From IMG/VR virus record IMGVR_UViG_2671180770_000025: a stretch of 41,019 nucleotides of DNA, one strand, 5' to 3'. The notes under the pieces were generated by a model. The model was not told the DNA's origin. It did not search any database and saw nothing but the letters and a program-made list of their open reading frames with translations. This DNA comes from a virus (lineage: Duplodnaviria; Heunggongvirae; Uroviricota; Caudoviricetes). Shown here piece by piece: positions 25,958-35,931 of this stretch. Position 1 is the stretch's first letter, and the number at the start of each line of letters is the position of its first letter. The translations under genes were made by a program, and so were the position numbers.

Positions 25958-27782
25958 ATTTGAGCTTAAGGCGTTGATCACCGGTGTCGACAGGCTTTCT
26001 CCCGCGCTGTCGAAAATGCAAAAGAAAATCCGGGGATTTAAACGCCAGGCGGAAGAAGCGTCACAGGGTGGGCTGGCGCTTGGTGGCGGACTGGCAGCGG
26101 GTCTGACGCTTTCCCTGAAATCTTATGCCGATCAGGAAAACGCCGCCACCGGGCTGAAAGTCGCCATGATGGATGCGAATGGCGAGGTTGGAAAGAGCTT
26201 TCAGGACATCAATAAACTGGCTATTGGCCTGGGTAACCAGCTACCCGGTACAACGGCTGATTTCCAGAACATGATGCAGATGCTGGTGCGTCAGGGGATC
26301 CCGGCAGAAAACATTCTTGGCGGTGTGGGTAAAGCGACAGCTTATCTTGCGGTACAACTGAAAAAAACACCGGAAGCGGCTGCTGAGTTTGCTGCAAAGA
26401 TGCAGGATGCTACCGGAACGGCGTCAGAAGACATGATGGGGCTGTTCGACACTATCCAGAAGGCGTTTTATCTGGGCGTTGACGATACCAACATGTTGTC
26501 CTTCTTCACTAAAACCAGTTCTGTTCTGAAGATGGTGAACAAGGACGGTCTTCAGGCTGCACAGAGCCTTGCCCCCATCAGCGTCATGATGGATCAGATG
26601 GGGATGAACGGGGAGTCGGCAGGTAATGCCCTGCGAAAAGTTATCCAGTCCGGATTAAGCGTTAAGAAAATCAGGGACGTCAATAAAATCATGGCCCGCC
26701 AGAAACTCGGGGTACAGCTCGATTTTACTGACGGCAAAGGAAGTTTTGGCGGTCTTGATAACATGTTCAGGCAACTGGCAAAGCTGCGAAAACTGACCGA
26801 CGTTAAGCGAACAGGTGTACTTAAGGCAATATTTGGTGATGATGCCGAAACCCTTCAGGTGGTCAATGCACTAATCGATAAAGGAAAGGATGGCTACGAT
26901 CAGATCCAGCAGAAGATGAATAAACAGGCCAGCCTGAATAAACGTGTTCAGGCCCAGCTTGGTACGCTGTCCAACCTGTGGGAGGCAATGACGGGGACCG
27001 CAACTAACGGCCTTGCGGCTATTGGCGGCGCATTTTCTGGTGACGCCAAAAATATCACGCAATGGCTGGGGGAGTTGGGGGAGAAATTCACGAGGTTTGC
27101 GGATGAAAATCCCCGGGTTATTCGCGGCGTCGTCGGGCTTGCTGCCGGTCTTGCGATTCTGAAACTGGGATTGATGGGCGTGGGCAGTGCCATCAGTATC
27201 GTCAGCAGGATCATGTCGATGACGCCGATTGGCATGATTGCGACGGCGATTGCCCTGGCTGCGGGATTAATTATCACTAACTGGGATGTTGTCGGACCTT
27301 ATTTTAAGAAACTCTGGGAAACCATTAGTCCTTATTTTGAGGCTGGCTGGGAACTTCTGAAGAAGGTTTTTGCCTGGTCGCCGCTGGGGATGGTGATCAA
27401 TAACTGGGGACCGGTTGTTAAGTGGTTTCAGGATATGTGGGATAAGCTGAAGCCGATTATTGAATGGTTTACCGACAGTTCCGGTGACACGGTCGATGCC
27501 ATTAACTCGGCGCAGTGGGGCGCGGGTGCTTATGATGCTTATGGGACGGGAATACCGGCACGGGGATACACTCCTTATCCGGCGGTGGATCCGGCTCAGG
27601 CAAACAACGCCTCCGATGCCACAGGCTCGAATCCCTTCATGATTAATAAAGCTACCGCGCCAAAAGTTGATGGTGAGATCAAGGTATCATTTATAAATAT
27701 GCCACCAGATATGCGGGTTACGGAAACACGCTCCAGTGGCATTGATATAAATCACGATGTTGGCTATACCCGATTTTGGTAG
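25950..27782 (+). CDS. Tail tape measure protein
   Basis: 610 aa, helical with Gly-rich hydrophobic stretches; follows the chaperone frameshift pair. Confidence 0.75.
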   Translation: MAEFELKALITGVDRLSPALSKMQKKIRGFKRQAEEASQGGLALGGGLAAGLTLSLKSYADQENAATGLKVAMMDANGEVGKSFQDINKLAIGLGNQLPGTTADFQNMMQMLVRQGIPAENILGGVGKATAYLAVQLKKTPEAAAEFAAKMQDATGTASEDMMGLFDTIQKAFYLGVDDTNMLSFFTKTSSVLKMVNKDGLQAAQSLAPISVMMDQMGMNGESAGNALRKVIQSGLSVKKIRDVNKIMARQKLGVQLDFTDGKGSFGGLDNMFRQLAKLRKLTDVKRTGVLKAIFGDDAETLQVVNALIDKGKDGYDQIQQKMNKQASLNKRVQAQLGTLSNLWEAMTGTATNGLAAIGGAFSGDAKNITQWLGELGEKFTRFADENPRVIRGVVGLAAGLAILKLGLMGVGSAISIVSRIMSMTPIGMIATAIALAAGLIITNWDVVGPYFKKLWETISPYFEAGWELLKKVFAWSPLGMVINNWGPVVKWFQDMWDKLKPIIEWFTDSSGDTVDAINSAQWGAGAYDAYGTGIPARGYTPYPAVDPAQANNASDATGSNPFMINKATAPKVDGEIKVSFINMPPDMRVTETRSSGIDINHDVGYTRFW

Positions 27783-27810
27783 CCAGGATTCCCCTCACAG
27801 GTATTGCTGG

Positions 27811-27838
27811 TTGTAAGTCATAAATAGAGTGATAGAAT
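27811..27838 (+). promoter_or_regulatory. Candidate sigma70 promoter for the tail-module moron
   Basis: -35 TTGTAA (27811..27816), 16-nt spacer, -10 TAGAAT (27833..27838). Confidence 0.4.
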
Positions 27839-27873
27839 TAATGCACATTTAGAAAAATGTTAATAGGCGAAAA

Positions 27874-28404
27874 ATGAAAGGCTATATCACAGCAAGTGTA
27901 ATTCTTGGAGCAGCGGCTATTTTTTCATCTCTCATAATCTCTGGCAACATCTCCTTTAAAGATGAACATATTATTCAGTTATCTGGAGGAGCCATAAAAC
28001 TTGGTGATGTTTATAAAGAAAATAAATTGATAAGTGCAAAGATTATTTTTCCAGATAATCAGGGTGAACAGATTCTTGTTGTCGACGGCAATCCTGAAAA
28101 CTTTAAGGAGGATTTTCAGGAGAAATTAAATAAAGTAATAAAAACTTTAAATGCGTCAAAGAAAAAAGATGAAGAGAAAGTTAGCCTGGATAATTTAAGT
28201 GTTATTGAAGAGTCTAAACTAGAGCTCGTTTCTGCGGTGCGTTACTCTGCTCAGTATGTTCCTATGTTTACTCTGACGCTGGACAAAAAAGAAATTACCA
28301 TGCCTAAAAATACTGTAATATTTCCATTTGCCAGCGATGAAACAGCTAAGTATTTAAATGAACAACAGCAAAAGTATAAAGATTCGTTGTTTCTGACTCG
28401 CTAA
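27874..28404 (+). CDS. Hypothetical 176-aa membrane-anchored or secreted protein, AT-rich moron inside the tail operon
   Basis: N-terminal hydrophobic segment (ITASVILGAAAIFSSLIISG); Lys/Glu-rich body; AT-rich versus GC-rich flanks; own promoter-like and terminator signals. Confidence 0.55.
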   Translation: MKGYITASVILGAAAIFSSLIISGNISFKDEHIIQLSGGAIKLGDVYKENKLISAKIIFPDNQGEQILVVDGNPENFKEDFQEKLNKVIKTLNASKKKDEEKVSLDNLSVIEESKLELVSAVRYSAQYVPMFTLTLDKKEITMPKNTVIFPFASDETAKYLNEQQQKYKDSLFLTR

Positions 28405-28423
28405 TTAATAAAATTCATTACAA

Positions 28424-28454
28424 GGCCACCTTCTAATAGGTGGCTTTTTTATTT
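28424..28454 (+). terminator. Intrinsic terminator after the tail-module moron
   Basis: gccacc-ttctaata-ggtggc stem-loop followed by tttttt. Confidence 0.6.
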
Positions 28455-28465
28455 TCGGAGTGTAT

Positions 28466-29794
28466 ATGACGTGGAAAGACAGGCTTCAGGATGCGTCATT
28501 TCGAGGTGTGCCGTTTAAGGTTGAAGAAGAAAGTGCGGGAACCGGTCGCCGTGTGGAAACACATGAATACCCGAACCGCGACAAGCCCTATACCGAAGAT
28601 CTGGGAAAAGTCACTTTCCGCCCGTCCATCACAGCTTATGTGGTGGGAGATGACTGCTTTGACCAGCGCGATCGCCTGATTGAAGCGCTGAATAAACCAG
28701 GTCCCGGCACGCTTGTCCACCCGACATATGGTGAGCTGAAAGTCTGTGTTGACGGGGAAGTTCGGGTCAGCACATCGAAAAGTGAAGGGCGTATTGTCCG
28801 CTTTGACCTGAAGTTTGTCGAAGCAGGAGAACTCTCTTACCCCACATCAGGTGCGGCGACGGCGCAGACGCTGATGTCATCCTGTTCTGCACTGGATGAC
28901 TGCATCAGTGACAGCTTCAGCGGTTTCAGTATCGATGGTGTGGCGGATTTCGTGCAGAACGACGTTATCGGTAATGCCAGCATAATGCTGGGGTATGTTT
29001 CTGATGCGATGAAAGTGGTGGATTCTGCCGTATCGGATGCCGCCAGGCTGTTGCAGGGGGATATCTCGGTACTTCTGCCGCCGCCATCGTCAGGCAAAAA
29101 TTTCGTTGAGCAGGTGCAGAAAATGTGGCGTACCGGGAAACGCCTTTATGGTAACGCCAGCGACCTGGTCACCATGATCAAAACGCTTTCTGGTGTCAGC
29201 CTCGGCAGCGATTTGCAACCGCGCGGCGTCTGGAAAACGGACAGTAAAACCACCGCCACAGCGACGCAGCAGCGTAACATGGTTGCCAGCACCCTTCGTA
29301 CGACTGCAATCAGCGAAGCGGCGTATGCCGTTACCCGATTGCCTGCGCCAACAACTTCTGCGGTGATGCAGAATGCCGCAGTGGGGCAGTCAACAACACC
29401 CGCGCAGAGCTCCGGCTGGCCTTCCGTCACGCATCCGGCACTGAACAATGCACCGGCGGTGAAAAACACGGTTGACCTGCCAACGTGGGAAGAACTGACC
29501 GACATTCGCGACACACTGAATACGGCAATTGATAAGGAGTTGTCCCGTACAACCAGTGATGCGCTGTTTCTGGCGCTGCGCCGGGTGAAAGCAGATCTGA
29601 ATGCGGATATCAACACGCGCCTTGAACAGTCTGCTCGGATCATTCAGCGCACACCGGATGAGGTTTTACCCGCGCTGGTGCTGGCGGCGACCTGGTTTGA
29701 TAACGCGGCGCGTGACGCGGACATTATCCGGCGTAATGCCATTACGCATCCCGGCTTTGTGCCGGTGATCCCTCTGAAGGTGCCAGTGCAATGA
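28466..29794 (+). CDS. DNA circulation protein (Mu gpN-like)
   Basis: 442 aa after the tape measure; SD GGAG 7 nt upstream of ATG 28466. Confidence 0.55.
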   Translation: MTWKDRLQDASFRGVPFKVEEESAGTGRRVETHEYPNRDKPYTEDLGKVTFRPSITAYVVGDDCFDQRDRLIEALNKPGPGTLVHPTYGELKVCVDGEVRVSTSKSEGRIVRFDLKFVEAGELSYPTSGAATAQTLMSSCSALDDCISDSFSGFSIDGVADFVQNDVIGNASIMLGYVSDAMKVVDSAVSDAARLLQGDISVLLPPPSSGKNFVEQVQKMWRTGKRLYGNASDLVTMIKTLSGVSLGSDLQPRGVWKTDSKTTATATQQRNMVASTLRTTAISEAAYAVTRLPAPTTSAVMQNAAVGQSTTPAQSSGWPSVTHPALNNAPAVKNTVDLPTWEELTDIRDTLNTAIDKELSRTTSDALFLALRRVKADLNADINTRLEQSARIIQRTPDEVLPALVLAATWFDNAARDADIIRRNAITHPGFVPVIPLKVPVQ

Positions 29795-30870
29795 ACGACA
29801 ATGTCACGCTACGGGTAAATGGCCGGGAGTGGAATGGCTGGACATCGGTGCGCATCGGTGCCGGTATTGAACGGCTGGCGCGGGATTTCAGTGTGGAGAT
29901 CACCCGCCAGTGGCCGGGTGATGAGGGTATCACCACGCTTCAGCCGCGCATTAAAAACGGTTCAAAAGTGGAGGTGCTGATTGGTGATGAGCTGGTGATC
30001 ACCGGCTGGGTGGAGGCGACGCCCGTTCGTTACGATGCCCGTTCGGTCAGCACCGGTATTGCCGGACGCAGTCTGACCGCTGACCTGATTGACTGTGCAG
30101 CCGAACCGACACAGTTTAACGGACGATCACTGGTACAGATTGCGCAGGCGCTTGCTGCGCCCTTCGGCATTGAGGTGGTGAACAGCGGTGCGCCGTCGGG
30201 TGTTATTCCTGATGTCCAGCCTGATCACGGTGAAACGGTGATCGAGGTGATTAACAAAATACTCGGTCAGCAGCAGGCGCTGGCTTATGACGACCCGCAC
30301 GGCAGGCTGGTGATTGGCGGTATTGGCTCAACGCGGGCACATACCGCGCTGGTACTTGGGGAAAACATCCTTTCCTGCGATACGGAGAAGAGTATCCGGG
30401 AGCGGTTTTCTGTTTACCAGGTGGCGGGGCAGCGTGCCGGAAACGACGATGATTTCGGTGAGGCCACCACCACCGCGCTGCGGGCCCGCACAGAGGACGC
30501 ATTTATTGCCCGTTACCGTCCGATGTATATCAGGCAGACAGGGCAGGCTACGGGGGCAGGCTGTATTGCGCGTGCTGACTTTGAAGCCCGACAACGGGCG
30601 GCGCGGACGGATGAAACCACCTATGTGGTGCAGGGCTGGCGACAGGGTAACGGTACGCTGTGGCAGCCCAACCAGCGGGTGATTGTCTTCGATCCGGTCT
30701 GTGGTTTCGACAATACCGAACTGCTTGTCTCGGAAGTCACGTTTACTCAGGACCAGAACGGCACCCTGACGGAAATCCGTGTCGGCCCACCTGATGCTTA
30801 TCTGCCTGAACCCGAAGCCCCCGGCGCGCGGAAAAAGAAAAAAGCCAGAGTACAGGAGGACCCGTTCTGA
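29791..30870 (+). CDS. Baseplate hub / tail protein (Mu gpP-like)
   Basis: 359 aa, coupled (ATGA overlap). Confidence 0.55.
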   Translation: MNDNVTLRVNGREWNGWTSVRIGAGIERLARDFSVEITRQWPGDEGITTLQPRIKNGSKVEVLIGDELVITGWVEATPVRYDARSVSTGIAGRSLTADLIDCAAEPTQFNGRSLVQIAQALAAPFGIEVVNSGAPSGVIPDVQPDHGETVIEVINKILGQQQALAYDDPHGRLVIGGIGSTRAHTALVLGENILSCDTEKSIRERFSVYQVAGQRAGNDDDFGEATTTALRARTEDAFIARYRPMYIRQTGQATGAGCIARADFEARQRAARTDETTYVVQGWRQGNGTLWQPNQRVIVFDPVCGFDNTELLVSEVTFTQDQNGTLTEIRVGPPDAYLPEPEAPGARKKKKARVQEDPF

Positions 30871-31418
30871 TGAGGACGATTGAAGCCATGCAGCGACAAC
30901 TCCTCGGCCTGATTGGGCGGGCAGTGGTGAAAAGTATCAGTGCCGCCACGAAATGTCAGACCGTGGATGTGTCCCTGATTGCCGGTGAACCCAAAGCCGG
31001 GGTTGAACATCTTGAACCCTACGGTTTTACCGCAAGGGCAAACAGCGGTGCGGAAGCGGTGGTGTTGTTTCCGGATGGCGACCGTTCTCATGCGGTGGTT
31101 GTTACGGTGTCGGACCGGCGCTACCGCCTGAAAGGGCTGCAGACGGGTGAGGTGGCTGTCTATGACGATCAGGGGCAGTCCGTGACGCTGACCCGGGAGG
31201 GGATTGTGGTGGACGGTGCAGGTAAAACGATCACGTTTCGCAATGCACCTGAAGCACGTTTTGAAATGGACCTTGAAGTGACCGGACAGGTGAAAGACCT
31301 GTGCGACTCCGGCGGCACCACCATGTCAGCGATGCGGCTTGCCTATAACGGGCATCGTCACAGAGAGAACGGTCAGGGCAGTAACACCGACAAACCTGAT
31401 AAAGCGATGGAGGCATGA
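30870..31418 (+). CDS. Baseplate assembly protein V-like (spike), Mu gp45-like
   Basis: 182 aa, coupled; position in the Mu-like baseplate block. Confidence 0.5.
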   Translation: MRTIEAMQRQLLGLIGRAVVKSISAATKCQTVDVSLIAGEPKAGVEHLEPYGFTARANSGAEAVVLFPDGDRSHAVVVTVSDRRYRLKGLQTGEVAVYDDQGQSVTLTREGIVVDGAGKTITFRNAPEARFEMDLEVTGQVKDLCDSGGTTMSAMRLAYNGHRHRENGQGSNTDKPDKAMEA

Positions 31419-31843
31419 TGGAACTGTGGCTGACGGTGAACGGTAAACGCACCTGCGCCAGCGCACCGCTGGATCCGCTGACCCGCGCCGTGGTGATTTC
31501 CCTGTTTACCTGGCGGCGGGCGGAGCCTGATGACAACGCCGGCGTCCCGATGGGATGGTGGGGGGATACCTGGCCTGCGGTACAGAATGACCGTTACGGC
31601 TCCCGACTGTGGCTGCTTCAGCGCAGCAAACTGACCAATCAGCTGGTGCAGACGGTAAGGGGGTATATCCGCGAATGCCTGCAATGGATGATTGATGATG
31701 GCGTGGTGTCCCGTATTGATCTGGATATCCGCCGCACCGGGATTAATGAACTGGGTAACAGTATCACTCTCTGGCGTCGTGACGGACCGGTAATGATTTC
31801 TTTTGATGATCTGTGGAGTGCGATAACGCATGGCGGACAGTGA
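31415..31843 (+). CDS. Baseplate protein, Mu gp46-like
   Basis: 142 aa, coupled. Confidence 0.5.
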   Translation: MMELWLTVNGKRTCASAPLDPLTRAVVISLFTWRRAEPDDNAGVPMGWWGDTWPAVQNDRYGSRLWLLQRSKLTNQLVQTVRGYIRECLQWMIDDGVVSRIDLDIRRTGINELGNSITLWRRDGPVMISFDDLWSAITHGGQ

Positions 31844-32888
31844 ATTTCAGCGCCCGACGCTGGCAGAAAATATCAGTATGCTCCGTAACGATTTATTCGC
31901 CTGGCTGGACGTCAGCGACACGCTCCGGCGCATGGATGAAGACGTGCGGGCAAAGGTGTATGCGGCGGCGCTGCATACGGTTTACGGGTACATCGATTAT
32001 CTGGCAATGAACATGCTGCCTGACTTGTGCGATGAGTCCTGGCTGGCGCGACATGCTGCGATGAAACGATGTCCGCGCAAGGGGGCCACGGCTGCCAGCG
32101 GGTATATGCGCTGGGAAGGTGTCAGCGATGGCCTGAAGGTGACCGCCGGGAGTGTTATTCAGCGCGATGACCTGGTGCAGTACACGGCAACTGCCGATGC
32201 AATCAGCTCCGGTGGTGTCCTGCGCGTGCCGATCGCCTGCTCAAGTGCAGGCGCGGTCGGTAACGCTGACGACGGTACGTCATTAATCCTGGTCACGCCG
32301 GTGAATGGTCTGCCGTCTTCCGGCGTGGCAGATACACTGACAGGTGGATTTGATACTGAAGAGCTGGAAACGTGGCGCGCCCGCGTCATTGAGCGGTATT
32401 ACTGGACGCCTCAGGGCGGGGCTGACGGGGACTATGTCGTCTGGGCTAAAGAAGTTCCCGGCATTACCCGCGCATGGACATACCGACACTGGATGGGAAC
32501 GGGGACTGTCGGTGTGATGATTGCCAGCAGCGACCTGATTAATCCCATTCCGGAAGAATCAACGGAAACGGCGGCAAGGCTGCATATCGAGCCACTGGCC
32601 CCGGTGGCAGGCTCTGATTTGTATGTGTTCAGGCCGGTGGCGCATACGGTGGATTTTCATATCCGTGTGACGCCGGATACACCAGAAATACGGGCTGCCA
32701 TCACCGCCGAGTTGCGTTCGTTCCTGCTGCGTGATGGTTATCCGCAGGGAGAACTGAAGGTGTCGCGTATCAGTGAAGCGATTTCCGGTGCGAACGGGGA
32801 ATACAGCCATCAGTTGCTTGCACCGGCAGACAATATCTCCATTGCAAAAAATGAACTGGCGGTACTGGGGACGATTTCATGGACGTGA
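31830..32888 (+). CDS. Baseplate J-like protein (Mu gp47-like)
   Basis: 352 aa, coupled. Confidence 0.6.
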   Translation: MADSEFQRPTLAENISMLRNDLFAWLDVSDTLRRMDEDVRAKVYAAALHTVYGYIDYLAMNMLPDLCDESWLARHAAMKRCPRKGATAASGYMRWEGVSDGLKVTAGSVIQRDDLVQYTATADAISSGGVLRVPIACSSAGAVGNADDGTSLILVTPVNGLPSSGVADTLTGGFDTEELETWRARVIERYYWTPQGGADGDYVVWAKEVPGITRAWTYRHWMGTGTVGVMIASSDLINPIPEESTETAARLHIEPLAPVAGSDLYVFRPVAHTVDFHIRVTPDTPEIRAAITAELRSFLLRDGYPQGELKVSRISEAISGANGEYSHQLLAPADNISIAKNELAVLGTISWT

Positions 32889-33463
32889 CAAACGATGATT
32901 ACATCCGTCTGTTGTCGGCACTGTTGCCCCCCGGTCCGGCGTGGTCAGCCAGCGATCCGGCGATTGCCGGTGCGGCACCGTCATTAACCCGCGTTCATCA
33001 GCGTGCGGATGCCCTGATGCGGGAGCTGGATCCGCGCACCACCACTGAACTGATAAACCGCTGGGAGCGTCTGTGCGGCCTGCCGGATGAATGTATTCCG
33101 GCGGGAACGCAGACCCTTCGCCAGCGTCAGCAACGGCTGGATGCGAAGGTTAATCTGGCGGGCGGCATCAATGAGGATTTTTACCTTGCACAGCTTGCTG
33201 CCCTGGGCAGACCGGATGCCACCATCACGCGATACGATAAAAGCACTTTCACCTGCTCATCTGCCTGTACTGACGCGGTGAATGCGCCGGAATGGCGGTA
33301 TTACTGGCAGGTCAACATGCCAGCCGCCACCAACACCACCTGGATGACATGTGGCGATCCCTGTGATTCCGCGCTGCGTGTCTGGGGCGACACCGTCGTC
33401 GAATGTGTGCTTAACAAACTCTGCCCGTCGCATACCTACGTAATTTTTAAATATCCGGAGTAA
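32879..33463 (+). CDS. Baseplate/tail protein, Mu gp48-like (YmfQ/DUF2313-like)
   Basis: 194 aa, directly upstream of the tail fibre gene. Confidence 0.5.
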   Translation: MDVTNDDYIRLLSALLPPGPAWSASDPAIAGAAPSLTRVHQRADALMRELDPRTTTELINRWERLCGLPDECIPAGTQTLRQRQQRLDAKVNLAGGINEDFYLAQLAALGRPDATITRYDKSTFTCSSACTDAVNAPEWRYYWQVNMPAATNTTWMTCGDPCDSALRVWGDTVVECVLNKLCPSHTYVIFKYPE

Positions 33464-33466
33464 TCC

Positions 33467-34252
33467 ATGCATCGTATAGACACGAAAACCGCGCAGAAGG
33501 ATAAGTTCGGCGCGGGTAAGAACGGTTTTACCCGTGGTAACCCCCAGACAGGCACGCCTGCCACCGATCTGGATGATGACTACTTTGACATGTTGCAGGA
33601 GGAGCTTTGCAGCGTGGTGGAGGCATCCGGTGCCAGCCTGGAGAAGGGGCGGCACGACCAGTTGCTTACCGCGCTTCGTGCGCTGCTGTTAAGCCGCAAG
33701 AATCCGTTTGGCGATATCAAATCGGATGGCACGGTGAAAACGGCTCTCGAAAACCTTGGTTTGGGAGAAGGCTCTGCATTACCGGTTGGGGTGCCTGTTC
33801 CGTGGCCTTCAGCCACTCCGCCAACAGGCTGGTTGAAATGCAATGGTGCGGCTTTTTCTGCTGAAGAATACCCGGAACTGGCAAAGGCTTACCCGACCAA
33901 TAAATTGCCTGATTTACGTGGTGAGTTTATTCGTGGCTGGGATGATGAACGTGGTGTGGATAGTGGGCGAACTCTGCTTTCAGCGCAAGGAGATGCTATT
34001 CGAAACATTACTGGCGGTTTTGGTCAGTTGCGCGTAAACAGCGAAATTAATGCAATTGTCGATGTTCAAAGTGTGAGTGGGGCTTTTTACGGAGGTACCT
34101 CAGTCAGGAATAACATCAATGTATCTATGACATACGCTAATGACCGAAAAATCCGACAAGATGTTCACTTCTCGGCGGCAAATGTTGTTCCAACAGCAAA
34201 TGAAAATCGTCCACGTAACATCGCCTTTAATTATATTGTGAGGGCCGCATGA
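33467..34252 (+). CDS. Tail fibre protein: constant N-terminal part plus currently expressed variable C-terminal part
   Basis: 261 aa; GC content drops sharply after about 33900; recombination site inside the gene at 33744..33769. Confidence 0.7.
   Translation: MHRIDTKTAQKDKFGAGKNGFTRGNPQTGTPATDLDDDYFDMLQEELCSVVEASGASLEKGRHDQLLTALRALLLSRKNPFGDIKSDGTVKTALENLGLGEGSALPVGVPVPWPSATPPTGWLKCNGAAFSAEEYPELAKAYPTNKLPDLRGEFIRGWDDERGVDSGRTLLSAQGDAIRNITGGFGQLRVNSEINAIVDVQSVSGAFYGGTSVRNNINVSMTYANDRKIRQDVHFSAANVVPTANENRPRNIAFNYIVRAA
33744..33769. promoter_or_regulatory. Left crossover site of the invertible segment (hix/gix-like 26-bp site)
   Basis: ctctcgaaaaccttggtttgggagaa resembles hixL TTCTTGAAAACCAAGGTTTTTGATAA as recalled; inverted partner at 35628..35653. 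Confidence 0.6.
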
Positions 34253-34854
34253 TGAATAAAGCTGTATTGAATAGCGAACTCATTGCCATAAAAGCGGGAG
34301 ACATTATCATTTATAATTATGATGGTGAAACGCGGGAATATATTTCTACATCAACTGAATATCTCGCTGTCGGCGTCGGTATCCCGGCATGTTCCTGTTT
34401 GGATGCACCAGGTACACATAAAGCTGGTTATGCAATCTGTCGCTCTGTAGATTTAAATTCATGGGAATATGTGCCAGACCATCGCGGTGAAGTTGTCTAT
34501 AGTACCGAAACGGGAGATACCAAAGAAATCGCAGTTCCGGGTGATTATCCTGAAAATACAACCACTATCGCCCCGTTAACGCCATATGATAAATGGGATG
34601 GTGAGAAATGGGTGACGGATACTGAGGCACAGCATAGTGCCGCAGTAGACGCGGCAGAAGCACAGCGCCAGTCACTGATTGATGCAGCAATGGCTTCCAT
34701 TAGTCTGATTCAGCTGAAATTACAGGCCGGACGGAAGTTGACGCAGGCAGAAACAACCCGACTTAACGCCGTGCTGGATTACACTGACGCGGTGACGGCA
34801 ACAGATACCAGCACCGCGCCGGATGTCATCTGGCCTGAACTGCCGGAGGCGTAG
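34249..34854 (+). CDS. tfa: Tail fibre assembly protein (Tfa/U-like)
   Basis: 201 aa directly after the fibre gene (ATGA overlap). Confidence 0.7.
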   Translation: MMNKAVLNSELIAIKAGDIIIYNYDGETREYISTSTEYLAVGVGIPACSCLDAPGTHKAGYAICRSVDLNSWEYVPDHRGEVVYSTETGDTKEIAVPGDYPENTTTIAPLTPYDKWDGEKWVTDTEAQHSAAVDAAEAQRQSLIDAAMASISLIQLKLQAGRKLTQAETTRLNAVLDYTDAVTATDTSTAPDVIWPELPEA

Positions 34855-35266
34855 GCCATTCAATATCTGGCGCACTGGAAGTATCGACCAGTTCCAGTGC
34901 GTCCAGATAATCCAGCCACAGATTATATTGCGCCAGATCCTCGCCTTTCAGACGACCAATAGCGGCTTTACCGGGCCATTGTTTACTGTTCATGTATTCA
35001 TTGGCCTGGCTAATTAACTGCTGTTTTTTAGTTTCAGCAATATCCATAACCATTTTTTTATCTGGCGGAGATATTAATATCCATGCAGGTCTCCCCTGAG
35101 AGGTGGCACCTAATATAAAACCATCAGGAGGAATTTGCGTATATTTATTCCATTCATCATCTGATATTTCGATAGCATCATCTGGCCATCCAATACCGTT
35201 GTGATATTCTTCTTTGCGAGTTTCATCATAAAACCACAATGTTGATGCACTGAAAAAAATTCTCAT
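34826..35266 (-). CDS. Alternative tail fibre assembly protein (Tfa') in the inverted orientation
   Basis: 146 aa on the opposite strand; C-terminus [14 protein letters not shown] parallels the Tfa C-terminus [14 protein letters not shown]. Confidence 0.6.
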   Translation of the reverse strand: MRIFFSASTLWFYDETRKEEYHNGIGWPDDAIEISDDEWNKYTQIPPDGFILGATSQGRPAWILISPPDKKMVMDIAETKKQQLISQANEYMNSKQWPGKAAIGRLKGEDLAQYNLWLDYLDALELVDTSSAPDIEWPTPPAVQAR

Positions 35267-35267
35267 T

Positions 35268-35641
35268 CTAATATCCTATCGCAAACCACGAGAAAGAAAG
35301 TTCTCTGGAATTGGCTGTTGGTGGCTGACCAATGCCCCCACGATAAAACGCCAGAGTTAATCCTCCTGCTTTGCGTGATGTTGTTTGAGCAAATACATAG
35401 TCATTTGTGTTCTCTTCCGCACTTAAAGCTCCTCCGGCAATACAGTCATTAGGGAATGCTGCAGGGAAATTAATCCAGATACTGGACTGCGTTGTCAGCT
35501 TTCCATACCCGGCTTTCAGAATTAATCCTCCTGGTAACTCAAAATTAAGAGGATTGTTTTTTGTAAATGGAAAGTTGGAGATATCCGGTATCTGATTTTC
35601 CCCTGTCCCCACATCCCGTTTTGCCGCTTCTCCCAAACCAA
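35268..35641 (-). CDS. Alternative tail fibre variable C-terminal cassette (no own start; expressed only after inversion)
   Basis: Open frame on the minus strand from the right crossover site; encodes NVGLGEA matching NLGLGEG at the left site. Confidence 0.55.
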
Positions 35642-35653
35642 CGTTTATGAAAA
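35628..35653. promoter_or_regulatory. Right crossover site of the invertible segment (inverted copy of the left site)
   Basis: Reverse complement ttttcataaacgttggtttgggagaa shares AAAC.TTGGTTTGGGAGAA with the left site. Confidence 0.6.
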
Positions 35654-35707
35654 TGCAGAAATAACGAGCAAATGGCATCATTCCTGCTTTTGTCAGGGGG
35701 AGCTACC

Positions 35708-35836
35708 ATGCTTATTGGCTATGTACGCGTATCAACAAATGACCAGAACACCGATCTACAACGTAATGCGTTGAGCTGTGCAGGATGCGAGCTGATTTTT
35801 GAAGACAAGATAAGCGGTACAAAGTCCGAAACCTAG
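35708..35836 (+). pseudogene. pin: Pin/Gin/Hin-family serine invertase, truncated after 42 codons
   Basis: MLIGYVRVSTNDQNTDLQRNALSCAGCELIFEDKISGTKSE matches the invertase N-terminus with catalytic Ser in VSTNDQ; in-frame TAG at 35834, then unrelated AT-rich DNA. Confidence 0.8.
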
Positions 35837-35931
35837 GGCTGACACTGCTGTTCTTGTTGCAAATTAAAGGATTTAATAGTGAGTAGCGGCCTTACTAATG
35901 TAAAGCCGCTATAATCATTTTATTAATTGCA

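Noticed and set aside
29146-29643. 165-aa minus-strand ORF (also 31373..31831, 33257..33655)
   Set aside because: Antisense to the DNA circulation, baseplate and fibre genes.
35268-35681. Alternative fibre cassette as an independent gene starting at 35681
   Set aside because: The first 13 codons lie beyond the crossover site and there is no RBS; better read as a start-less C-terminal cassette used only after inversion.
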